From a virus (Duplodnaviria > Caudoviricetes): 61,387 bases of DNA. Position 1 is the first letter of the stretch. The number at the start of each line of letters is the position of its first letter. The notes under the pieces were generated by a model, which saw nothing but the letters and a program-made list of their open reading frames with translations, did no database searches and was not told where the DNA came from. A program made the position numbers and the translations under genes. Shown here in pieces: positions 26,823 to 36,568 of this stretch. The stretch spans positions 1 through 61,387 of the IMG/VR virus record IMGVR_UViG_3300028103_000018; one strand, 5' to 3'.

Positions 26823-28490
26823 CTACATGTTCGCCCAGGCACCGTTGATCCGGCCCTGCATGGTGTTGGTGGTAGTGTTGTAGATGATCATGCCGTTGAC
26901 TGCGGTTAAAGCATCACGCTGTGCAGTGGTCATCCTTGGTACGATCAGAGCGCCAGTAGTGGAATCGATCTGAAGCGCCGCTGAAGTAGCAACCGTGCTG
27001 GTTCCAAGAGCCAAGCGTCCAGATGTTGACAGGTAGAAGTCGGTGACAAACCCGGTGGTGCCGTCGTTGGTGAATCTGTAGAGGCCAAAGTCATCACCCC
27101 CGTACCCCCAGTAGATCCCTCGCCTGTAACCGGAAGCGTTCGTTACGCCAATAGTGTCAAGCAGGATCGCATTGTTCGACCCCGTCTGAACCCGCATGGC
27201 GCACGCGATGTTGGACCCCTGGTTGGCAAAGCCCTGCGCCCCTGAGACTACAAACTTGCCGATAGTAGAGGAAGCAGTGCCGACAAATGTGTTCCCGCTT
27301 GTATCGATCCTCACCTTCTCAGACTGCGAAGCCGTCCTGAAGATGATGGCATCAGATGTCCCAGCGCCAGAAGTAGATTGAAGGATGAGTGTGGAGGACG
27401 CTGTCGTACCTCCATTCACTATAGGGATTACGGCGCTTGTCGTTATAGTAGGGGTGGCAATCGTAGGGCTAGTGCCGAATACAAGAGACCCTGACCCGGT
27501 CTCGTCAGAGATTACGCCTGCCAGTTGGGCGGAGGTGGTGGCAGCGAACTGAGCCAAAGTCCCGCCCGTAATCGCCATCGTCCCAGCCTGAAGGGTGGTA
27601 TTTCCGTCGGCCAGGGTGACCGTTCGGCTTGCGGTCAAGGTAGTCGGAGTGAGGGTGACCCCAAAAGATCCGGTCCCACCTGCCCTACCCGCCAAAACAA
27701 CAGCGTCCTGCGTTGCCGCCACCCTAGCGGTTATCGACCCGAATACTTCTAGCTTTGTTCCAGGACTAGCCGTGCCTATGCCAACACTCCCAACAGCATG
27801 AAGGTTGCCGCTTGCCAATAGCGCCATATTGTAAGCGCCAGTAGAAATGCCGAACAACAGCTTGCCACCAGTGTTCCTGTAGCAAATGTCTCCTGCGGAA
27901 GCATCAGAGAACCACTGGCCCGAAGCGGCAGCATAGGAAACCCACGGGTTAACGCCAGCGCCACCAGATCCGATGCCAGAGGGTCCGGTCGTAGGAAGGT
28001 TGATCCAGTGCGCGGTGTTCCCGGTAAACCAGGACGCCATCGTCGCCTGCCCGCCAACAACACCTACGGTCAGAGAGGTGGCCGTAGCTACCCCGATATT
28101 GGGCGTGACAAGTGTTGGAGAAGTTGCCAGGACAACAGACCCAGAACCTGTTACGGCGCTGACCTGAGTGCCGTTGATCCTGAGAACATTTCCAGACCCG
28201 GCGGTATCGAACGTCTTGTTCGTGAGGGTGTCTGTCGTAGCCTTGCCGACGAGAGTATCCGTAGCGGAAGGCACTGTAATAGTGCCGGAAGCAATTGCCT
28301 GCGCCTGGAGAGTAGTTGATCCAGACGTAGCGCCGTTAAGCTGTATCGCAGAGAAGGACACAGACCCGGCTGATATCGACGGCACTACAAGAGTTGAAGT
28401 AGTGAAGTCGTATCGGAAGCCACTGTACTCCGTGTACACATGAGGAGAACATACGACAGGTATGGCTCCAATTGTTTCCAGTGGCTTCAC
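26823..28490 (-). CDS. Fibre protein 2 (head or tail fibre)
   Basis: T.TLTNKT, GSGSVVLATSPTL.TP, VGIGTASP repeats; C-terminal PRMTTAQRD...GMIIYNT. Confidence 0.75.
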   Translation of the reverse strand: MKPLETIGAIPVVCSPHVYTEYSGFRYDFTTSTLVVPSISAGSVSFSAIQLNGATSGSTTLQAQAIASGTITVPSATDTLVGKATTDTLTNKTFDTAGSGNVLRINGTQVSAVTGSGSVVLATSPTLVTPNIGVATATSLTVGVVGGQATMASWFTGNTAHWINLPTTGPSGIGSGGAGVNPWVSYAAASGQWFSDASAGDICYRNTGGKLLFGISTGAYNMALLASGNLHAVGSVGIGTASPGTKLEVFGSITARVAATQDAVVLAGRAGGTGSFGVTLTPTTLTASRTVTLADGNTTLQAGTMAITGGTLAQFAATTSAQLAGVISDETGSGSLVFGTSPTIATPTITTSAVIPIVNGGTTASSTLILQSTSGAGTSDAIIFRTASQSEKVRIDTSGNTFVGTASSTIGKFVVSGAQGFANQGSNIACAMRVQTGSNNAILLDTIGVTNASGYRRGIYWGYGGDDFGLYRFTNDGTTGFVTDFYLSTSGRLALGTSTVATSAALQIDSTTGALIVPRMTTAQRDALTAVNGMIIYNTTTNTMQGRINGAWANM

Positions 28491-28502
28491 GTTGCACCTC
28501 TC

Positions 28503-28754
28503 CTAGTTGGGCTTAACCTGCACCCATTCCAGGGTATCGTTATCGAGAGACCAGCCGCACCCTTGAGACCAGCCCTGAAGGGAGTTGTTCTCTTTCTGGA
28601 GATCCTCGACGAGAGTCTTTTCTTTCTCGACAAGGGAGTCAAACTCCGTCTTCAGGGCGTGCTTCTGGTTGGCAATAGCGGCCAGCTTGTACTGCAAGTC
28701 ACGAATCTTCAGCTTTTGCTCTACGGTGATGTCCGTAGGTTTGGTGTTTTCCAT
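28503..28754 (-). CDS. Small coiled-coil protein
   Basis: Heptad pattern; TAACAT 6 nt upstream of ATG. Confidence 0.6.
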   Translation of the reverse strand: MENTKPTDITVEQKLKIRDLQYKLAAIANQKHALKTEFDSLVEKEKTLVEDLQKENNSLQGWSQGCGWSLDNDTLEWVQVKPN

Positions 28755-28777
28755 ACACCTATGTTACATCAGGTGCG

Positions 28778-29170
28778 CTACTTCGGGGGAGCAGCAGGGG
28801 CTTCGATCAGACCGGAGGCCTTGTCGAGAGCGATCTGGTACTCAGCCTGTGCCTTGACGACATTCTCCTGCGCCGCAACAACAGAGGCGGGGGGAGCGTA
28901 GGACACAATCTGCTTGACCTGGAGCAAGATCAGATCGTTCGCGAAGTTCACCGCGATGTCGGTCGGGGTGTCGGTCGGGCTGTTCTGATACTTGTTCCAC
29001 GGCGGGCCGGTAGGATCAAGCGGGTTCGGCTTGGTCTGGGTAATCAGCCAGTTGTAGAGGCTGTCCACGCCATCCTGTGGAACCGTCTTCAGTTCACGGA
29101 CAACGGTCGTGCCGTCGTCCATATAGAAGGTGAGAGAGGGGGTGACTTTCGTCGCGAGAGGGTTTGCCAT
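28778..29170 (-). CDS. Hypothetical protein (possible fibre chaperone)
   Basis: SD AAGGA; follows a fibre gene. Confidence 0.6.
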   Translation of the reverse strand: MANPLATKVTPSLTFYMDDGTTVVRELKTVPQDGVDSLYNWLITQTKPNPLDPTGPPWNKYQNSPTDTPTDIAVNFANDLILLQVKQIVSYAPPASVVAAQENVVKAQAEYQIALDKASGLIEAPAAPPK

Positions 29171-29181
29171 ATTAGTTTCCT

Positions 29182-31125
29182 TTAGAAAGTGGTTAGCGCG
29201 ACACGCTTAATCGTGCCAGCCGCCGTTTGCACATAGATGTAGTTTGCGTCCGCCCAGATCGCCCCGGCGGTTCCGGCGTCGGTGGAGGCGGCGGGGGTGG
29301 TTTGGTCGCTGATAAAGCGGGAGGCTTGCATCTGCGTGTTTGCGCTGTCGTCCGCGAGGCGGGCTTGCAGGATCGCGGAAGAGCGCTTCAAGGAAGGGAA
29401 AGAAGAAGTAGTACCGCCGAGTTGAATGCGAGAAAAGTTCGTTCCGCTGTTATCACGAAGGCGCAACACTCCATCTCCCCCAGTATCCATTACTACACCA
29501 CCTGCATTATTTAGGAGCACATCCCCAGTAGTATGAAATCGCTGTGCGGAATAAAAAGTGCCGATGCTACTGACATACGCCAACGCCGTTCCCGCCGCAT
29601 TCTGCCACTCCGTCAGGTTTGTCGCACCCTGCCCTGCCCCGGCGCGGATAACGGCTTTGGTTACGCCGGTGGTGGGGGTCTGGTTGTAGACAGTAAATGT
29701 GCCAGCCGAGGTGAGGCTTGCCACGCTGTTCTCCGCAGCTCCAACCAAAAACTGAAAAGTGTCTGATCCCGAATTTCCTACCCGCCATGTCTGGGTACTG
29801 CTGTTTTTGAAAAATACTAGAGATGCGTAAGGAGATGCGAGTGCAGACTTTAAGGCCAGGTATGCGCCGTTCCCGAGGAATGTCCCCTGTGAATCTATGC
29901 CATCGTGGGCAACACTCGCCACCACCGTCCCAGCCGAGTTCTGCCACTCTTGGAGGTTTCCCGACTGCCCAGCGCCCGCACGAACGACGAGCTTGGTGGA
30001 GCCAGTAGCGGCGGTCGGATCAAACACCAGCAGGTTCCCATTCGTCCCCTTGTTCGCGGCGTGGAGGCCGTAGCCTAGGTCGGTGGTGGTGCCGATGAGA
30101 AAATTCCCGCTGGTCGCAATACGAGCACGCTCTAAATTATTGGCCCAAAAAGCTGGAAAGTAATTGGTATCCGCAAAGTGTCGGATTTCGCCTGTACTCG
30201 TATTTGCCGTAAGCGCGAAGACTTCCTGCGCCCCAGTGGTCCACAGGATATTGAAACCATCGGTTCCGGTGGTGGACACCGACACGCGCTTGGTCGGACT
30301 CGCCGTACCCACCCCGATCCTTGCCGCCGACAGATACCCATTCGCATTCGCCCCGCCATTCCCTACCTGAAGGACGCCAGCGGAGGCGCGGGAGATGGAG
30401 ACGTCTTTGGTATCAAACCAATTGCTCGTACTCGACCATGCAGCAAGGCCAGTAGATGCTAGATTGAGTCCCGACGTATACCCCGCCGTCTGCGTAGATA
30501 GAGCTGCGGTTGCAATGTCTACTGTAGACAGGATACCGGCGATCAATCCATCGCTACGGAAGAATGATTTGCTAGTTCCGCTCGCATCTTGGATATCTAT
30601 GACCTTATCGCCTGTTACGTTTGCTGCCCCCGCCCGCACGACTACCTTCGTCGTATCCGACACCCCCGACCCGCCGTAGAACCGCGCCGTTCCGGCGCTG
30701 CCCGAAGCAGCTACGTCGAGCTTGTAGTTGGAGTCGGTAGTGGTGCCGATGAGGAGGTTGCCGGTGGTTGACGCAAATCGCCCACGTTCTGCCGAGTTGG
30801 CAAAAAATGCAAGTGCTTGATTTCCAGTGGATGCAAGTCGCCAGGATGAACCAGAGTTATCCAAAGTAAAGGCTGAGATAGATGTGCGCGTGACGGTAAA
30901 TCCAGGTGCAGAACCAGATACCTCTAAAGTCGCACTCGGCGCATTCGTCCCCACCCCCAACCGATTGTTCGCTGCATCCCAGAACAGCGCCGTAGGGTCT
31001 TGATTCAGCGTCCCCGCCGCCGAGACGTAGGGGATAGCGCCGACAGTTGTCAGGTTGGACGCGCCGCCGACTTCGCCGCCAGGAACATCCCCGGTCAGAT
31101 CACCTTGAATCGTAATGTTTCCCAT
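29182..31125 (-). CDS. Fibre protein 3 with internal repeats
   Basis: LFWDAANNRLGVGT..P; repeats N.LIGTTTD and TK.V.RAGAGQ..NL.EWQN.AGT. Confidence 0.75.
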   Translation of the reverse strand: MGNITIQGDLTGDVPGGEVGGASNLTTVGAIPYVSAAGTLNQDPTALFWDAANNRLGVGTNAPSATLEVSGSAPGFTVTRTSISAFTLDNSGSSWRLASTGNQALAFFANSAERGRFASTTGNLLIGTTTDSNYKLDVAASGSAGTARFYGGSGVSDTTKVVVRAGAANVTGDKVIDIQDASGTSKSFFRSDGLIAGILSTVDIATAALSTQTAGYTSGLNLASTGLAAWSSTSNWFDTKDVSISRASAGVLQVGNGGANANGYLSAARIGVGTASPTKRVSVSTTGTDGFNILWTTGAQEVFALTANTSTGEIRHFADTNYFPAFWANNLERARIATSGNFLIGTTTDLGYGLHAANKGTNGNLLVFDPTAATGSTKLVVRAGAGQSGNLQEWQNSAGTVVASVAHDGIDSQGTFLGNGAYLALKSALASPYASLVFFKNSSTQTWRVGNSGSDTFQFLVGAAENSVASLTSAGTFTVYNQTPTTGVTKAVIRAGAGQGATNLTEWQNAAGTALAYVSSIGTFYSAQRFHTTGDVLLNNAGGVVMDTGGDGVLRLRDNSGTNFSRIQLGGTTSSFPSLKRSSAILQARLADDSANTQMQASRFISDQTTPAASTDAGTAGAIWADANYIYVQTAAGTIKRVALTTF

Positions 31126-31128
31126 TGG

Positions 31129-31458
31129 CTACTCCATGTTCCCGGACTGACAGACAAAGAACGTACTTGCCGCCGCGCCGATAGTCTGGTTCAACCTGAC
31201 TGCCGTGACGGGAGAGACAAGCATGACGACCGTGTTCCCGGTCTGAGTGGTGGCATCAGGGTGGTCAATCCAAGTGCCGGATCCAGCACTGTACCCTGAA
31301 GCAAAGACATCGTCCAGTGTGAACTGAATCGTGTAGGTACACCCGGCACCACCATAAACACCGAGCGTCACATTGAACGGAGAGTCCGTCAATGTACTCA
31401 AAGGAACTGGGGCGCTAGTAGCAACCCCAGTCACAGCAATGCGAACGGGCTTACCCAT
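31129..31458 (-). CDS. Small beta-rich structural protein
   Basis: YTIQFTLDD...W..H...PVTAVRL. Confidence 0.65.
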   Translation of the reverse strand: MGKPVRIAVTGVATSAPVPLSTLTDSPFNVTLGVYGGAGCTYTIQFTLDDVFASGYSAGSGTWIDHPDATTQTGNTVVMLVSPVTAVRLNQTIGAAASTFFVCQSGNME

Positions 31459-31478
31459 AGCGCCCCTCCTTCTCTATA

Positions 31479-31976
31479 CTAGAACGTCACGCTTCCCATG
31501 CTGTAGATCGTCACAGCGGCGGTAGTGACATCCGTGAAGTTCAAGAGGAAGTCCTTCTGCGCGTTCTGGGCAATCGTCATCGTGCCGCTCAAGGTCAGGC
31601 CCGTGTTCGTCGTCATCGTGATCGTCTCGGCAGCGTCAGCCGTGTTGCGGATCGTGACGATAAACGAGGTGCCAACGACAGCGCCAGGAACAGCGGCAAG
31701 GAGATCGGCGGCAGTCGGGAAGACATCGCTACGGCCAGCGCCGTTCGGATCGCGGAGGATGAACCCGGTCTTGAGTTGCGCCGGGGTGTAGGTCACAACG
31801 CCAGCCGTGGTCACCGCGGCCGGGTTCGCCTCAAAGAACGGGACACTGGAGGTGTTCAGTACAACACCAGTACCCTGGGCGCTGAGGGTCAAAGAAACAT
31901 TCGCGGAAGCATCGCTGCTGTAGCCCTGGAAACCGTTCTGGCTCCGTACGGGACCGCTAAAGGAAGTGTTAGCCAT
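31479..31976 (-). CDS. Capsid decoration/minor capsid protein
   Basis: N-terminal MANTSFSGPVRSQNGF; first structural gene after MCP; SD AAGGAG. Confidence 0.65.
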   Translation of the reverse strand: MANTSFSGPVRSQNGFQGYSSDASANVSLTLSAQGTGVVLNTSSVPFFEANPAAVTTAGVVTYTPAQLKTGFILRDPNGAGRSDVFPTAADLLAAVPGAVVGTSFIVTIRNTADAAETITMTTNTGLTLSGTMTIAQNAQKDFLLNFTDVTTAAVTIYSMGSVTF

Positions 31977-32964
31977 TGAGATTCTCCTTCTGGGGGAATC
32001 CTCGTTCCGTCTCCCAGAACGTCTGCTGTGCAGTCTGAACGAGGGTGTAGTTGATTGTATCCTCGCACCTGCCGAGATGATGATCGACGAAGTGCTTGGG
32101 TCTGGATATATTGTCCGAGTGTTTCAGGAGCCTGAGGTTCCAAGGAACATGGAGACCACAGACAGTTCTCCCGTCAAGCTGAACAATATGATCTACATCG
32201 AATTGTATACCAGTTTCAAGTTCTAGAAGTTCGGCTTGTGCATGGAGGGATTTGATGTCCTCGCGCATCTGAGAGGTGATCCAGGGAGGGGTGGCGTTGC
32301 GGAGACGGGCGCGGCGGAAGGAGCCAGAAGCTCGGAATACATGAGGATTCTTCTTTTGGTATTCTCTGGCCCTTTGGTTGATGCGCTCCTTGTTTGCTAA
32401 AGCATACCTCTTCATAGAGGCATCCCTTTTGTCCTTATTTTTGTAGTAGTCCTTTCTCTTTCTGGCCAAGACCATGGGCTTCTGCTCTGGCTTCTGCCTG
32501 TTGATCTTGTTGTTTTCAACTTGGCACACATAGCAACCACCAGAGTCGGCGTACCGCTTATTGATATGGCCTCTTTGGCAACTAATTCCATTGAAGTAAA
32601 ACTTTGAACCAGATTCTTTAGCTTTCGCTCTGGTGAACGGGAGATCGAACCCCATAGAGAGCATGATCTCTTTGACGGAATTCAGCCTGTCGGCCTCGAC
32701 AAGATCTTTGATCCGCTTCTTTTCTGCGGCCTCAAGCCTTCGGATAGCATTCTTTTTCTCTCGCAAGACCACCTTCTGATCTTCGGTAAGAGCTTCCCTT
32801 TGAGCGGTTGAAAAAAGAAAACCACACTCCACACAACCAAAAGAGGACACAAAGCGTTGAGCAATGTGTCCTCTTGGGCAGGGCTTGCCTGTGAAGTAGT
32901 GGGTTAGTCCTTGTTCTATAGCCTGGCTTCTGGTGATGACATCCATGACATCATATTGCACCAA
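31969..32964 (-). CDS. HNH homing endonuclease with two CxxGH...CxxC repeats
   Basis: YFTGKPCPRGH..CVEC and YFNGISCQRGH..CYVC; VDHIVQL.G..VCGLHVPWNL; AT-rich; true start may be ATG 32946. Confidence 0.85.
   Translation of the reverse strand: MVQYDVMDVITRSQAIEQGLTHYFTGKPCPRGHIAQRFVSSFGCVECGFLFSTAQREALTEDQKVVLREKKNAIRRLEAAEKKRIKDLVEADRLNSVKEIMLSMGFDLPFTRAKAKESGSKFYFNGISCQRGHINKRYADSGGCYVCQVENNKINRQKPEQKPMVLARKRKDYYKNKDKRDASMKRYALANKERINQRAREYQKKNPHVFRASGSFRRARLRNATPPWITSQMREDIKSLHAQAELLELETGIQFDVDHIVQLDGRTVCGLHVPWNLRLLKHSDNISRPKHFVDHHLGRCEDTINYTLVQTAQQTFWETERGFPQKENLNG
31981..32045 (-). promoter_or_regulatory. Candidate pseudoknotted cis-RNA element overlapping the decoration-gene RBS
   Basis: CCTCGTTC/GAACGAGG stem, inner CTGC-ACA-GCAG hairpin, loop TTCTGGG complementary to downstream CCCAGAA next to the SD. 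Confidence 0.5.
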
Positions 32965-33010
32965 ATTTCCAAGAATGTCAAACCAGGACTAACTCATTTG
33001 TTTTGATGGT

Positions 33011-33922
33011 TTAGGAAGCGCCAGGGCTACCATACACCCCAAGGGGGTCAGAATAACCTACTGAATAGCGCTCGCGTCCCTTGTACCGCATATTGCCCGT
33101 CTCGAAGTCGCCTTCCGCCGAGGTCTTCAGCGCAACACGCTCGAACATCTTCAGGCCGTTCGGCACATCCGTCTTCAGGAACCACGCATTCGTGTCCGTC
33201 AGCCAGTGGTTGACCGTGTAGCCTTCCGGCACCGACGACAGGTTGTAGATCGCGTTGATGTCGTTGTCAGCGGTGCTGGTCCGCAGAACCGACTTCAACA
33301 GGCGCTCCGCAACGAACATCAGAGCGGGCGGGACGATCAGCTTGCGGGGCTTCGCAGCGATCAGCAGGCCACGTTCGTCCGTCCACCCGGCGATCTGGAT
33401 GATCGCAGCCTCAAGCGAGGTTTCGTTGAGGTCAGCGCCAGTCGTCGGACGGTTGGAGTTCGTGCCACCCGTGATGAGCGGGTGATCCGTAGCGCAGAGA
33501 CGCTTGCCGTCACCGCCGGTGTACGAAGCCGAGAACGCATTGTTCAACACGTTCGCGCCCTTCACCTGCTTGGTGTTGGCAAACGCACGCGCCAGAGCCT
33601 TGGTGTACCGCTGGGCAACGGAGACATACAGGTTGTCTTCCATCGCTTCTTCGGTGATCGCAAAGCCGAGAGCAATCGTCTCGTGCGTGTACCGGGAGGT
33701 ATACGCTTCCTGCGCGTTGTCGTAGGCAATCGCGCCACCTTCGGACTTAACCGGGGCAGTGCCAAAGCCAGACAGCTTCACTTCTTCTTCAAAGGCGCGT
33801 TCCGAGCTAGAGATCTCGAAGATCTCCTTATGCTCTTCGCCGTACCGAGCATACTCCAGACCGAACAAGGCGTTCAGGCCAGGGACAAGCTCTTTCAACA
33901 TCTGTGAACGAGTAATCGCCAT
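33011..33922 (-). CDS. Major capsid protein
   Basis: MAITRSQMLKELVPGLNALFGLEY...RERYS.G.SD..G.YGSPG; strong codon bias; SD AAGGAG. Confidence 0.9.
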   Translation of the reverse strand: MAITRSQMLKELVPGLNALFGLEYARYGEEHKEIFEISSSERAFEEEVKLSGFGTAPVKSEGGAIAYDNAQEAYTSRYTHETIALGFAITEEAMEDNLYVSVAQRYTKALARAFANTKQVKGANVLNNAFSASYTGGDGKRLCATDHPLITGGTNSNRPTTGADLNETSLEAAIIQIAGWTDERGLLIAAKPRKLIVPPALMFVAERLLKSVLRTSTADNDINAIYNLSSVPEGYTVNHWLTDTNAWFLKTDVPNGLKMFERVALKTSAEGDFETGNMRYKGRERYSVGYSDPLGVYGSPGAS

Positions 33923-33950
33923 GATTGATTCTCCTTTCCTTGTTCAGTTC

Positions 33951-34547
33951 TTACGCGCCCGTCGCGTTCTGGTAGGCGTGGACGCCCTGGTTCCAGACAA
34001 CGAGACAGTCAGTGTAGGCATCGCCAGCCGTCGAGTACGGCGAGTCCACGAAGCCAATGATCTTCACAGCCAGCGTGTTCGTCGTGGCAATCGAGGCGGC
34101 AAGCAGAGAAGCCGTCGAGTTGCCGCTGACAGTGGAGCCAGAAGTGACAGCGGTGAGCGGAGCATTCTTGCCAAGGTCCGTGGTGGCGACGGTGCCGTTC
34201 GCCTGCACCTTGAGGACAACCCTGGGATCGTCAACAACGTACACATAGATCTTGGTCAGGCCAGCCGTGGTCGCGGTGGCCGGGAGATACTGCGCCCAAG
34301 TGGGACGACCCGTAGCATCGACATACTCGCAGCCGACAAAGATGCCGACAGGGGTATTCGTGTTCCGGGTGGTCGTGGGGGTAGCGCCACACACAGTGAT
34401 GACGCCGGAGTTCAAGCTAACGGGCGATCCAAAGTAGATGGCGTTCGTGTTGTCCGCCCCGATGGGGAACTTCCGAGCAGCGGCACGAAGAGCGCCGCCA
34501 GCCAACTCGTAGGGGATCAGGCCGTAGGGAGTAGCGGTGGAAGCCAT
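33951..34547 (-). CDS. Capsid-associated (cement-like) protein
   Basis: PYGL.P, VG.FVGC.Y and V.DDP...KVQA; directly upstream of MCP. Confidence 0.7.
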   Translation of the reverse strand: MASTATPYGLIPYELAGGALRAAARKFPIGADNTNAIYFGSPVSLNSGVITVCGATPTTTRNTNTPVGIFVGCEYVDATGRPTWAQYLPATATTAGLTKIYVYVVDDPRVVLKVQANGTVATTDLGKNAPLTAVTSGSTVSGNSTASLLAASIATTNTLAVKIIGFVDSPYSTAGDAYTDCLVVWNQGVHAYQNATGA

Positions 34548-34556
34548 GTCTATCCT

Positions 34557-34997
34557 CTAATTTCCTGTTCCGAAGGTGACCTTCGTGCTGCTGTCCTTGA
34601 ACAGCGGCATACGAGAGTCATTCTCCTTCATGAGATTATTGTTTACCGCATCGGCCTGCCTGCGGGTCAAATCCTCGTAATAACGAGTTCTTTGTTCCGC
34701 CATGGACCGAGCAGTTTTACAGAGAATCAGGCCACCGATCTCAATGGTGCCATTCTTCGATTCGTTCATGATGATCTCTGCCATGATCTCAGGATGATCT
34801 TCTGCTCTGGCAACGGTCCAGCCTTCACGGAGGCGCATGGACACGTTCGAGGGGTCAGACTCACCACGAATCGATTTACGAACCCAGCGGAACACCCAGT
34901 CAGAACTGGGGGCGGGGTCAGGCAACAACGAGGGCGGTTTCCAAGTTTCGGTGCGCGACTGAGATTCGCGGGTTTCCAACTCACGGTTCGGCTTCAT
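34557..34997 (-). CDS. Conserved head-module protein
   Basis: WKPPSLLP.P...FRWVR...REGW...IGGLILCK. Confidence 0.75.
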   Translation of the reverse strand: MKPNRELETRESQSRTETWKPPSLLPDPAPSSDWVFRWVRKSIRGESDPSNVSMRLREGWTVARAEDHPEIMAEIIMNESKNGTIEIGGLILCKTARSMAEQRTRYYEDLTRRQADAVNNNLMKENDSRMPLFKDSSTKVTFGTGN

Positions 34998-34998
34998 G

Positions 34999-36003
34999 CT
35001 ATTCCATCTCCTTCTGCTGCTTCAGTAGTTCTTTTGCGTACTGCTGGGGAGTGATACCCAGGCGCTTGGCGACGGCGAGAGCCGACTCGGTAAGCTGGAC
35101 TTTGGTGCGGGTCTGACCACTAGGCGTACGAGACGAGCTAATGACGACTCCGTTCTTGGGCTTTGCTGGTGCTGGGGTGGCAGGCTTCTCTTGCTCCTGC
35201 GTCCCAGGGATGTTGTTCTTGAATTGACTCACAGCGCCGTCGATAGCCTCGTAGTACTGATCAGATTCTGGATCAACTCCAGCGGAAACCAACTTGCTGT
35301 GAATGTCAATCGCGTACCCGGTAAGCGCCATGTCCTGGCCGAACCATGGATTACGCTCCTTCCACAACACAGCCTTGGCTGATACCTGTGGTGCCTGAGG
35401 TTGAGGTGCAGGCTGAGGAGGCACATACGCTTGCTGTGTTTCTTGTGGCTGTAAATAGCTTACACCCTGGCTGGGAGGCGGGGTGTACGATTCAAGCGCA
35501 CGCTTTTCGTTGGCAAGTACGGCGATCTTCTCTTGCGCCGAAGCCATCTTGTCCGTGTCGCCAGCCTCATACGCCTCGCGCAGTTCTTTCTTCGCAGCAT
35601 CCAGGTCGGAAGCCTTTTGCCTGACCGTAGTGTGGATCAACGCACGCTGGCTGGCCTCGTTCTGCTGACGGAACTGCTCGATCTGCTGCTGAAGGGCGGA
35701 AGCATAGTTGAGTGCTTCAAGTTTCTCCCGATCCGCACGCTCTTTCTGGCGGCGCTCCTCATGAAACTCGTACTTCAGGCGCTTGATCCGCTTCTGAACG
35801 CTCTCGGAGTAGTTCTTGAGTTCGTCTTCTTCGTTCTGCGGCGCTGCTTCCCTGGTTTCGTCGCGAGGAGGGCGGCGATCCTCAGGAGGAGTGTCGTCAA
35901 CTACCTCAATATCCAGTTCTTCTTCGGCCTGAGCGGGAGATTCCTTGGATTCATCCTGAGCGCCGGGAAGAATGAGTTCAGATTCCATGTATTCTTCTGG
36001 CAT
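34999..36003 (-). CDS. Capsid scaffolding protein
   Basis: Acidic coiled coil, YSESVQKRI, W..RNPWFG, C-terminal LT....AKRLG.T..QYAK. Confidence 0.8.
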   Translation of the reverse strand: MPEEYMESELILPGAQDESKESPAQAEEELDIEVVDDTPPEDRRPPRDETREAAPQNEEDELKNYSESVQKRIKRLKYEFHEERRQKERADREKLEALNYASALQQQIEQFRQQNEASQRALIHTTVRQKASDLDAAKKELREAYEAGDTDKMASAQEKIAVLANEKRALESYTPPPSQGVSYLQPQETQQAYVPPQPAPQPQAPQVSAKAVLWKERNPWFGQDMALTGYAIDIHSKLVSAGVDPESDQYYEAIDGAVSQFKNNIPGTQEQEKPATPAPAKPKNGVVISSSRTPSGQTRTKVQLTESALAVAKRLGITPQQYAKELLKQQKEME

Positions 36004-36338
36004 CAGACCCTCTCTACACTGTCAGGGTTGGGGACAACAGCCTCGGGCGTGTCGTCGTTGATGAGACGGTACTCATCTCCATCAATCTTCATGCGAGTGC
36101 CGGAATAACTGCGGAGAATGATGTGATCCCCCACAGAACACCACGCACCATTCGGGAATCTGACCGGATCTTTGTAGCAATCAGACCCGATAGCGAGTAC
36201 CTGAGCAACAAGGGAGGCGGTATTCTCGTCCTGCTTGGTCTGGTCAGGAAGGTACAGCCCGCTTTTGGTCTTTTCCTCGACAACTTTACGCATCTTGACG
36301 AGGATCTTGTAGCCAACCGGGGTTGGGAGTGTATTCAT
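36003..36338 (-). CDS. GroES-like co-chaperonin
   Basis: P.GYKILV...EEKTKSGLYLPD...G.DCY.D...WC.VGD...YSG....DG.EYRLINDD. Confidence 0.85.
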   Translation of the reverse strand: MNTLPTPVGYKILVKMRKVVEEKTKSGLYLPDQTKQDENTASLVAQVLAIGSDCYKDPVRFPNGAWCSVGDHIILRSYSGTRMKIDGDEYRLINDDTPEAVVPNPDSVERV

Positions 36339-36370
36339 GTTGTCCTTTTTGCGCTAGAGCAGCGTTTGCG

Positions 36371-36568
36371 TCAGTCCTCTTCGGCTTGTTGCACCAGTTT
36401 GTCCCAGATTTCCTGGAATTCCTGGCGTGCCTGCTGGAGTCCTGCGAGTTTGCCAACCATCATTTTGTATTCGGCGTAGTCACCGCACGAACCAGAGACG
36501 AGATGAGTGGCGTTTGTCTCTGAAAGCTCGTCAATCCTCTTGAAGAACCTAGATCGTAGGTCCAACAT
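36371..36568 (-). CDS. Small conserved portal-adjacent protein
   Basis: G...DYAEYK..VG...GL motif. Confidence 0.7.
   Translation of the reverse strand: MLDLRSRFFKRIDELSETNATHLVSGSCGDYAEYKMMVGKLAGLQQARQEFQEIWDKLVQQAEED

Noticed and set aside
26823-31125. Diversity-generating retroelement or invertible fibre cassette
   Set aside because: No reverse transcriptase, no adenine-specific template/variable repeat pair and no inverted fibre copies seen.
33206-35054. Long plus-strand ORFs opposite the capsid genes
   Set aside because: Shadow frames of well-supported minus-strand genes.
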